Shown in pieces: positions 53,701-64,000 of a DNA stretch of 64,000 bases. This DNA is from Saccostrea echinata. Taxonomy: Eukaryota. Every line of letters begins with the position of its first letter. The stretch's first letter is position 1. The stretch lies in contig NW_026889750.1 in the NCBI RefSeq assembly GCF_033153115.1, positions 20,956,001 to 21,020,000 on the forward strand. The letters run 5' to 3'. Made by a program: the position numbers and the translations under genes. The notes under the pieces were generated by a model. That model was given only the letters and a program-made list of their open reading frames with translations. It was not told the origin of the DNA and ran no database searches.

Positions 53701-55167
53701 TTAAATGTTTCACATGTGGCTGAAGCACATCCAACATACTCCGTGTGGGCCCAGGCCACCTTGAAAAATTCAATACATTTTAACCTCAGGTAATGGAATT
53801 TGATGTAAATTATTAGTACTTAAAACATAATGAAGGGATAGATAAGAAGAGGATTCTTGAGATTTACCTGAGTAAAATGCCCACACACACCGGAACATTC
53901 CATTGTGTCGTAGTTGTACACTGTCTTTTCGTGGTCCCAAGATTCCACAGCAGAACTTGGATTCACGGATTCTTGAAGAATACAGATTTGAATATTATCA
54001 TACATGTGTAATTGGTTAAATTAGTCTAAGTTCTCTTTTCGCCGAGAATCTACCTCAGTATAACAAACTGTTCAAGATTTATTGAAAATATATTGGAGTT
54101 GCTTAACTGTCTAATTCATTTTTAACTTATCTTAGATAGAAAGAGGATCCTTGCAATATTCATGTAAGCATATTTATTTAGTGTTATCAATTATTTATTG
54201 AGCTTACTGGATGACGTTGCAAACAGGTTTTCGCCAACATAGCTGAACTTCGATGTAAGAGCTTTTGTGTCCTCGGTTCTTTTGGAGTTGTGTGCCCAGA
54301 TACACTTCTGGGCATAATTTTGTGCAACCTGGGCTAATTCATTGCTCCATTTCTGTAAAATGATGAGGCATATTTCTCTTTTTTTTCAAAAAAAAACCCC
54401 AAATGGTTGAAAAAATGTAAAATTAAAAATATAATGTGCACATATTTTTGATGAATATTTGTGGACCCACGTTGTGTTTTAATATTTGCGATCAACTTTG
54501 TTTTGATGCTATCTTTTCCATATTCCTGTCATGCCTTGCAAAACGTATAAACCATATCCCCTCCCTTCGATACCACCAAGAGCAATTTACCAATTTTTTC
54601 ATGTTTGCTGCAGTTGGGCTGACAATTGACCTGGCTGTATTATGGGCATCTAGATACTCCTGTTGTTCTGATGTTTGCCGCCTTTTACGAAGAACTTTCT
54701 TCACGGTCTTAACTTTACCCGCTGGATTGGATATCTGAAAAGAAAGAATCAAATATATACAATATTATATACATACAAAGTATTTTAGGACTTTTTATCC
54801 CAATCTGAGTACTATTTTATATTAGGTTAAATTTTGTTATTTCATTTTAAAGTACTAGTCTTGCTTAAAATTTTGAATTAAGATCTTCCAGTATGAGCTC
54901 GAATGAACGCAGACTGACCAGATCATTAAAGGATATTTCTTTTAAGAAACGAATTATTTTTACGAATTTGAAAATTGATTCAGAATTAAGAAACATATTT
55001 ACCTCTAGATTTAAACCATGCAGTATTCTTGCATCTCGAACATGTACTTGCTTTTGGTCCTTAATTTTGATTGCAAATGGTTTCTCCTTGTTGAAGAACG
55101 TCTTAGAATAAGAGGTATCAAATATCAGAACCGTAAGGATAGTGGCAAAATTTATGACGAGCTTCAT
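50748..55167 (-). CDS. Secreted CAP (SCP/CRISP/GLIPR1-like) domain plus kringle domain protein, copy 1 (~353 aa)
   Basis: Exons 55167-55003, 54734-54591, 54352-54208, 53971-53868, 53759-53644, 51988-51831, 51458-51243 and 50761-50748 total 1062 nt. Signal peptide and RKRR. CAP motifs LDAHN, KWSNELA, GENL, GHFTQVAWA, VVCNYGEGGN, then a Cys hinge. Kringle CFQADGSNYHG..VTVSGKQCLMW..NYCRN..PVCY..ESCGVSKC. Confidence 0.92.
52404..52545. repeat. 142-bp foldback palindrome with gaaggcc-GAA-ggccttc tip
   Basis: aataacaagtttaaaaacttctctgggaaatgaagtgggtcggt...accgacccacttcatttcccagtgaagtttttaaacttgttatt, in intron 5 of CAP-kringle copy 1. Confidence 0.92.
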
Positions 55168-55217
55168 TTTAGCCGGAATTAAACCATGTGAAATAAATGC
55201 TTAGCATTCAGCTTTAG

Positions 55218-55226
55218 CTTTATATA
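55218..55226 (-). promoter_or_regulatory. Candidate TATA box of CAP-kringle copy 1
   Basis: TATATAAAG on the minus strand ~55 nt upstream of the ATG. A TATAAAG lies at the equivalent distance in copy 2. Confidence 0.5.
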
Positions 55227-57126
55227 ATTCGCTCGCCCATTAATATTTTGTAATTGATTTATTTGTCAATCGTGTTAAAACAGAAAAATGCTACTTATTG
55301 ATATTTTTTAATTAATATAGTACAGACAAAGAAGAAAATGAATTTTATACAAAATATCATTTTAATTGAACACCGCCGCTGCAATCTTTGAAAATATGGA
55401 GTTTCATGATGCATCTGCTACGATAATTATTTTCCAATTTGTTCAGCTGCTTAAAAAAACAGGAAAAGGGCAGATGAATGTCGACTCTGTTTTGTTTTTT
55501 TTAAAGTCCACATTTCATTATAACAATGATTTACATGTAATTATAAAGTTGGAAAAAAGTTGTCATAAGTTGTAAATAAATAATTAATACGACACTTTGA
55601 TTTTATTTTTATAGCAAGGGAGTGCATTTTTTATTCCTTCTTAACTATCTTAATTAATTATACATTGTCAAACTAACCATCAATACGTCAATCGGATTTA
55701 TTTTAAGATTTGTTAAACAATGCGGTCATCAGATTTTTTTCTTTTAGGTTAAATGACTGATTATATTCTGTCATAATACAACCTGCATTATTTTTCAATC
55801 ATGTACACCAGCAAATTGAAAATAATCCTTATGGTCATAACGCTTGATGTCCGAGTAGCCACCATCTCCCAGTTTAATCCCGATTTTTTTTTTAATTTAA
55901 GTTCCGTATATTATCCTAACATATAAAAAAAAACTTATATCCTAACATATAAAAAACTTACAAACGATTAAAAAATATTTTCTATTAAGTGTCTATACTA
56001 GCATATTTAAATATATATATAATTTTGTACTTTTAGGTAATTAGGTATAAGGAAGACACCTGATAGAAGAGAGTTGAAAAGATCGAGGGTTCTGATCTTG
56101 CACAAATAAAATATTTATAGTTTAATGTTTAAATTTTTAGCAAAGGGCAATACTATCCACAAAACTTTCTTATGTTACGTGTATGTGTAGTTTTCATACA
56201 TGTATTACTTTTTACTTTGTATATTTCCTGTCATTTGCTAAATGTTCAAAATTAGTGCTTTTGAAAACAGAAAGGCTTTCGTAGATGTGTTGTATCAAAA
56301 GGGTTATAAAACCTAATGATGTTTTCTGAAACACTGAATATTCCACTCCACTTTTATTTGGGACAAAATATTAAAAAAGAGAAAGGAATTTGACAAAAGG
56401 GGAAGAGCTGGTGTAGGCTTAGGAAACTAATTCCAATTTCTACACTCAGTCACGTTCTGACTGATCAGATATTCAAGCCTCATTTGGTCTGAACCAGCTC
56501 TTTTCTTTTGCTGCAGTCCTTTTTTTCAATACTTAGTATCACATAATGTAAAGTAGATAGAGAAATACTCAGAGTGACAGAAGCATCACTTGGTTTTACA
56601 ATTAATCGATAATACATATCTAAAATAGACTTTCTGTTCTCAGAAGCACTCATTTTGAGCAATAGTAAACGATAGAAAGTAAACTGAGTTTGTTACTATT
56701 ATTATTTTTTTATTATTTATTTTTAAAAAATTGTAATAAAATTTATTAATAATAATACTAATAATTAATAAATGACGTGTATGTTGTTTATGGAATATCT
56801 TAAATAAATGAATAAATATATGACAAAAAAATCTCGGTAATTTCTGGGAACACCGTATTTGTGGAATAGAGCTATATATGCATGAATACACTGTGAGTGT
56901 CCACGAAAAGCTATTCATAAGTTAAAAAGAACAAACTTAAGTTTATTTGCGGTTTAATTAATTTTTTATTCCAAGCAAACAGAAATGAGGAATATATAAA
57001 ATATATATAAAACAAAAGTGAGAAAAAGTTCAACCACAAGAAATTTGGGTAATATATTGTCAGTTTCCAATTCCAGTTTCGAGGGGCAGTCCATTTATTG
57101 CCTTCAGATCATAACAAATACGTTGT

Positions 57127-59556
57127 TCATTTCTTGCCTAAAATTAAAAAAAATGCAAAACAGATACAAAGAAATAATGTAAATCATTAATATGAAAGCA
57201 TTATCTGATTCATAATACTGTAATTTAAAGCAATTAAGATTATTCATTTCACATGAAGTTTTACCTCGTAAAGTTTTAATACATTTAACACATTTTAATA
57301 AAGAAACAGTAATAGTGTGTATGTATCATAAGTGCCGGTATATCAGAAATAAAATGCACCAAGAACATATCAATTTATGATGATATGTACCTAAATAAAT
57401 ACATACCTAATATGTACCTATGATACCTAATGCATCTGAAGCCAGAGGTTGCTCAAATTATCTACTATTACAAAAGAATTTTTCGAAAATGTTTTCAGAA
57501 TCCCAAACAGAGGCCATATTTTTTACTCTTATAAGGCAGGGGCATCTACATGTAGCAAAATTTCCCATTTATGCATATAAGACATCAGTCTTCAATATAC
57601 TGATTTTCAGTTAATTCATGGATTTTCTTAATATTTAATTAAGAAATATTATTATATACTATAATCGCTTTTAAAGTACATTTCAGTAAATTAGAGATTT
57701 TTGAAAATTTTGTCAGTAAGAGTTTTTTAAAAAGCAATTCTTAATTCTTACTGCACTTGGGGATCCCACAGGATTCTACGTAGTAAGTGCCGGGCCTCAT
57801 GTAACAAACAGGTTTGGTAAACCCGTAGGCAGCGAAGTAATTTCTGCAGTAGTTGTTGTTAGGAAGGGAGGAGAAGACACTAGACCAGACCAGACAAGTT
57901 TTCCCACTGACCGTTGTACTGACCGTACCCTGGTAGTTAGACCCATCACCCGTATAACAATCCTCATCTAAAAGCCATCAAAAAGATTTTTATATTATTT
58001 GTTACATTTATACTTCATCTTTAGACTTCTTTTACGTAAATTGAATGGAAAATAATCCAAGTGTAATAGAATATAATTATGTTATTGAATAGTGTATGCA
58101 AATAATTTTCGAAAGCTAAAAGAAAAAGGATTAAACATCATACTTTGAGTTTCACCGCTGCCGGTATTTGTTGACGTAGAACCACTACTTCCGGTATTAG
58201 ATGAGGAGCCAGATCCAGACGAAGACCCACTAGACCCAGAGGAAGACCCAGAACCATTATCATCGCTACCATCAGTGCAAAGGTTATTTGAACAAGAGTA
58301 ACCGCTAGGACAAGAACTGCAGGAAGTTCCAGACTTGTACGGCTTCTGGCCATTGTAATTACCTCTGCAAGAAGATGGTACATTTAAATACTATAATAAT
58401 CATACATACAATGTAATAATTTTTCTTTGTATTGAAAAAGAGAGAATATTATACCCGGGTCCATAATTGCAGACAACAATTGTTCCTCCGTTGAAGGAGC
58501 TGGATAATCCGGAAAAGGAAGAGCAAGTACTAGTGGCACATCCTACATACTCCGAGCTTGCCCAAGCTACCTGTAATTTATAGACTAGGAATATAATCCA
58601 ACAAACTACTCCCTATTAGACTTGAAACATGCACGGATCTATAGGAGGGTTGTGGGGATTTTCAGAGTCAAACATTTCTATGTAAAGTTGGACCCCACCC
58701 ATGAAACAAGGACCCTTCTCAAAAATAGTAAGAAGAGTCATGTTTCTGAAGAAATTGACTTAGAAAAGTGTTTTATCCTACACCCCACCCTACATCCCCA
58801 CACCCACCCCCACCCCTGACGAAATAAATTTTTCAGGTTTGGGGATGAAATTTTTTAACAAGTATAAAACATTCCAAGCTTGACATCTGTTAGAGTTGAT
58901 GTCTCCCTTCCCACCTTCACACCCGCTTCCAGAAAGAGATCAGGATCCGCGCCTGGGAAAGTAACTAACGTTCTCATACGTTTTGATTTGTTAAGTTAAA
59001 ATTACAAAGTATATCCACATTCGAAATAGAAATAGAATTTCTGAAACGACACTAGAATAGCAAAAATATCAGTCCTGAGGAATGAAAAACTTACGGATTT
59101 TAAATCCATAGGAACTAAATTGAGGAAAACGGGAATGATTCATGTAAAATTCCTCTTAAAATCAAACATTGGGTTGCAGACAAATTACATTCACCTGCAC
59201 ATGTGTATACCGTATTGGTTTAAAATTTTCATTATTCAAAATCCTCTTTTTATGATAACCGTATACCTGGGTGTAATGGCCACACACTCCCGCGCATGCT
59301 AGGTTACTGTATGTATAGTCACTCTTCTCGCTATCCCAGGATTCCACAGCAGAACTAGGATTAACATAACCTATAATATAAACATTGGTACAGGTATTAG
59401 TATCATTATATTCTTGTTATTATTTACTGAAAATACATAAAATATTGTATGTAAAGGATTTTTAAAAATTAAAACAATACTAAAGGAGTATTCAAGGTTT
59501 CAAAGATACAACATTTCCATGAGCATACGTCTAATGTTAGTCGTCAATAAAAGAGT

Positions 59557-59638
<82 letters not shown>

Positions 59639-61586
59639 CATTATTCCTCAAATTACTAATGTAATGTTGAATATTACATTATATTATAGATATATTGTTA
59701 GATTTTCTCAAAGCACAGAACAATTGCATGGATTTAAAATTATTCTCACTTCTGGAGGTGACGTAGAGATTCTCGCCTACATAGCTGAACTGAGAGGTCA
59801 GGGCCTTAGTCTCCGTAGTTCGTGCCGAATTATGGCCCCATATGCATTTGTTGGCGTAGTTCTGAGCAACTTGGGCTAACTCATTACTCCATTTCTTTAA
59901 GACAGAGTTAGTTTTGTTTTATTTTTTAAACTTGCTCCATAAAAATTGCAAATAATCGTAAGTAATTGAAAATTTTAATAGCGTACATTGCACTTAAAGT
60001 AAAAGATTTAAGTCTTGGTTATCAAAGGGTAACTTCTATTGCAATTCACAGATTTTCAATAGAGAAACTTATGTGGGTTTTGTTCCTTTTCAAAATTTAA
60101 AATTTTGAATTTTTAATGATATCCAGACTCCTACCATCTTTCTCATATTTGAGGCGGTAGGGCTGACAATGGATCTTGCATCGTTATGAGCGTCTAGGAA
60201 TTCTTGTTCATCAGAATTGCTCTGTCGCTTCTGTCTTGCACTTCTGGCGATTCTAACCTGACCTTTGGGATTGGATATCTAAAAAAAGAAATTCTTAAGC
60301 AACTCAGAAAAGATCATCAAATCATAATTAATTTCATACAGGTAGAATTTCTTTTTGTTTGTCAGCAAGAATGTCTGAATACGCTACTAGCACTTTATCA
60401 AAGAATGGACTTCATAACTGACACAAAGTAATACATGTAACATGTACATGTAAGTTTAAACATGTAGCTTTTTTGGAGTGATGTAAATATTGAATTTATG
60501 GGAGGAGGGAAGTAGAGAAGCAGTCTTAAGTACTCAAATGTACGATTTTTTCAAAAAAGCGAGAGATGTTGTGAAGGTACTTGACCCGTACAATTTACTT
60601 TGTAGTACATAGTAGCTCCCCTTTTTGAAACAAATAACATCCTTAATTCATTAAGACATGCTATACAAACTATATCTTTTCACAAATTTTTTTTTAGAAT
60701 TGAGCACTGTTTTCTCTAGAATTCCACATAACTTTTAACTTATAAGTTCTTAGCCTGTTTTGAATAAGATCCGGTCCTCTATATTTGACCAAAAATGTTT
60801 TCATTTGGATTTGAATGAGGACCTCTCCAGAGCGACAGATCTGTAGAAACTACATTTCGTCTCATACATTTTGAATTAAAGCATGCTGATATACATGCAA
60901 ATTGTTTGCATGGAAATACTTCACAAGTACACTGTACACATATATACGGTACTAACATCTTTCTGTATCTTCTGATAAGAAAGTTTCTCAAACGCAATGC
61001 ATTTTCTATACACAAACGCAGCCGGGAAACAGTCCCATTTGAAACCTCAATCTAAAGCATTTAAGGTGAAATTTACGTTTGAATAAGAAGATTTTAGTAA
61101 AATCATGACAACGGCTAAAAAGACACGTGGAAGACATGTCAGCGGGAATAGTACTCAGTACCAAAAATTTCCGTGAAAAGTAAATTCATAGCAAACTAGT
61201 GACATTAAGGCTGTAATATGTGCAAAACGGGAAGCAATTAAGAACTACAAAGTAAAGCATCAACCAAGAGTAAAAAACTTAAATAAAATTACGAAATTCG
61301 TCATATATTTTGTTTGCAATTACAATAACACCAAAAATAACATTTTTTCATCATATTAATGAACAAGAAATTCAAGTTTGTCATAGTTAAAGTTAATATG
61401 CATATTAATCTATTTGTTAAATTCAGATGTTAATAATTTTTTTTAAGTTACCTCGAGACCGCGTAAATCTTCTGCAAGTTTGTCAAGCTCTCGCTTTTCA
61501 TCCCATTCAACAGGAAGCTGGAATTTCCTTGCCACCAGGATATCTGTCAAAGACAAGCATATTACCAAAACCAGAAGGCCCTGCAT
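57127..61586 (-). CDS. Secreted CAP plus kringle protein, tandem copy 2 (~363 aa)
   Basis: Exons 61586-61452, 60278-60135, 59894-59750, 59370-59267, 58570-58455, 58364-58144, 57967-57752 and 57137-57127 total 1092 nt. Exons 2-5 and 7 are the same length as in copy 1. RQKR, GENL, GHYTQVAWA, VVCNYGPGGN, Gly/Ser linker, kringle CYTGDGSNYQG..SGKTCLVW..NYCRN..PVCY..ESCGIPKC. Confidence 0.92.
58628..58955. mobile_element. MITE with CA(T/G)G..CCTG termini and probable 5-bp TSD
   Basis: catgcacggatct / ggatccgcgcctg. Flanks tgaaa / ggaaa. Lies in intron 4 of CAP-kringle copy 2; the paralogous intron is much shorter. Confidence 0.5.
59560..59634. repeat. (TA)n microsatellite
   Basis: ~75 bp of uninterrupted AT repeat. 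Confidence 0.98.
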
Positions 61587-61643
61587 ACTGAAAACAATTC
61601 TGAGGAACCCAACGAGTGAATGAATTTCTTCAACAATCCAGTG

Positions 61644-61689
61644 CTTTATATGAAATATCTTGTCGTTTTGATGATGAAAAATGACGTCA
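61644..61689 (-). promoter_or_regulatory. Candidate TATA box and CRE (TGACGTCA) of CAP-kringle copy 2
   Basis: TATAAAG on the minus strand ~60 nt upstream of the ATG. Perfect palindromic TGACGTCA at 61682-61689. Confidence 0.45.
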
Positions 61690-64000
61690 AAACTGTGTTT
61701 AAGAATGGTCTTAGATATTATCTATAAATTACTTTCTTTTAAAACTGATTAATTTATCATTATATTTCAAAGTATTGGCAAATGTTTTTACAGGATAAGC
61801 ATATATTTATGAACCCGTCGGGTCACGTTGACAGATCAACGTTAAGGTTATTAATTTTCTCTAATGTTTCATGTTGTCAAAACCATGTTAAATATTTCTA
61901 ATAAAATATTGTCCTCAACTTTCTTAAATCAGATTTTGATGTTCCGAAGTTTGTTTGGCCGAATAAACAAATGTCTGGGATTAAAACCAATAGAGTTCAT
62001 GTTAAATATCTTCGATTTGTTTATATTTTTATTTGCTTTGTAGTTCAGTATGCTAAGTCTGGCGGATTTATTTGTTTAATGTAGAACCGCATCAAATTGA
62101 AGTTTATTTAATTCTAATATCTTTATACTGGTAACTTCTTAATTAAAGAGGAGAAAATGAAATTTGAAAACAGCATAGGAAAATATAAATTTGAAAATAT
62201 GATTCCTAATTTGTAATAACTACCTCTGGAAAATATGCGTAGAATTTATTTTCCATCGATGTATCAATAAATAAATCGTTAAAATATCATTCACTTCATA
62301 AATTCCCTCTTTTCTTTATAGATAGGCTTTTTTATGAAATAAAAACTTTCAAAGTCTAAATATTTACAAAAAATATAAAGAAAGAAAGATTAGGAAGGGG
62401 GAAAATCGATCCAATCAAATTATTTAAAATGTTTTATCAATCTATGCAAGTCATCAACTTTTTAATTTGGAGCACACTTTTTTATATAACTTATTATTAA
62501 CGTTTGTTGTATGTATACGTAAGTTTAGACTATTGTATCATAGACGAGGTAAAGGTGCTGTATAATCTCTCTTGGAATACTGTCCAAGAATTTACAAAAA
62601 ATGTCCGAATTTTTTTTCTGATTCTTTTCAGTGCATGTACTAAACAAGTCATTTATCATTAATATCTGATAAGTAAAAGTTGTCAGCAACGTGTCTTTTC
62701 CTGTAATTTCCTGTAATTTTCAATAATCGTTTCCTTACATTTTACCTGAGAAGGAGTTTTCTCTCCTTGATCCAACTTTAGGAGGTGATTTCAAAATCAC
62801 TATGATAATTCATTGCACCCAAATTATAATTAAAAGGTCATGTAGGATACTAAAATGAATATGTTATAGAAACTTGTTAGACTTAATTATTGCTAAAACA
62901 CAATATTCTTTACTAATTTCCCATTAAAGCTGTCCTAATTTAATAATTGAGAATTTAATTAAAATCCAGATGAAGTTGATAGGACTTATTGGATATAAAA
63001 TCTATGAACTTGCATATAAGATATGCAAGTTCATAGATTTTAGGGAAAATGCATTTTATATCTTTTTGGAGTATAATATGTCCCTAATATTTATAGATAC
63101 AAAGAGGTTATACATTCTCAGTAAATTTAACATCGATCCGCTTATTTTTAAATTATATTAATATTTGTGGCAACACAACGCCGGAAGTCACTTTGAATAT
63201 GTCTAATATGTTCAAAGTCAAACCTCGAATACTGTTTCGTGTAGAATTACACACAGCCACATATAACATATATTCTGAAAACTTGCATAATCCTCAATTG
63301 CAGTGACATTAAAAACTATGGTATGAGATCTGTGCATTTATACTCGTAGCTAGGAATTTTAGATAAAATAATAAATTATGCACATCATCCAGGTGCCTAT
63401 TTGAAATTTCAAATGAATACGCATTTTCATTTACGTTTTATTTTCATCACTTTAAGGAAAATAACACAAACTTTTTTTTCCGAAATCAGCAATAAGTCTA
63501 ATAGATTTATGTTCATAAAGATATCTTGAATATTTCTTGCCAGAATAAAATTAGAAAATTTGTAAGATTTTGTAGTAATGTCATAAAATGTTAGAAAAAA
63601 TTGTATAGATTTATACAGAAAATGGCACACAGTCTCAGTTTGGAACACGAAAGAATAATTACAAGTTCTTCATGTTTTAAGAATTTATTGTCTGTGTTAT
63701 ATCTTTTCAAAATCGATCAAAAAATATATACATCACGCATCAATTTTTTATTGTGTTACTTATCCTTAAGGAAGACACACTGCAAATTGTTGTGTTTTTA
63801 GTATAAATAATTTTGTTGAAACCGAGTTTACTTACAGCAAAAATAGAATAAAATTTTTCTACTCTGAGACAGGCCAAGATATGTTTACAATAATTAAGGA
63901 CATTAATGACATGAGGCAGTTCCGTACATGTAACATTTATAATTAAAAAAGAAACTATACCCTCGGTATTGATTATACGAAATTTTAAAACAAAAAATCG

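Overview
AT-rich eukaryotic genomic DNA with spliceosomal GT-AG introns and two N gaps. It is most likely a bivalve (oyster-like), inferred from the Helitron/Helentron satellites, Deu/Nin-type SINEs and very frequent TACATGTA. Hand splicing gives eight multi-exon genes. These are a short 3-repeat cadherin-domain membrane protein (+, 5' exon not found), two tandem FAM167A-like genes (+), a 4-EF-hand calmodulin-like gene (+), an 18-exon membrane protein with an unrecognised N-terminal domain, about 6 cadherin repeats and a PPxY tail (-), Rheb (+, 184 aa), and two tandem secreted CAP(SCP/CRISP)-kringle genes (-). There is also an orphan His/Tyr-rich ORF. Introns and intergenic DNA are dense with non-autonomous elements: foldback hairpins, TTAA-TSD MITEs, a mariner-like MITE, 5-bp-TSD MITEs, nested SINEs, Helitron/Helentron pieces and a Penelope-like relic. 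The most notable items are the CAP-kringle gene pair, the cadherin's N-terminal domain with an adjacent frame-shifting 43-bp VNTR, and long foldback elements with GNA/GNRA tips. No database search was possible. Family assignments come from recalled motifs, and coordinates were read by eye.
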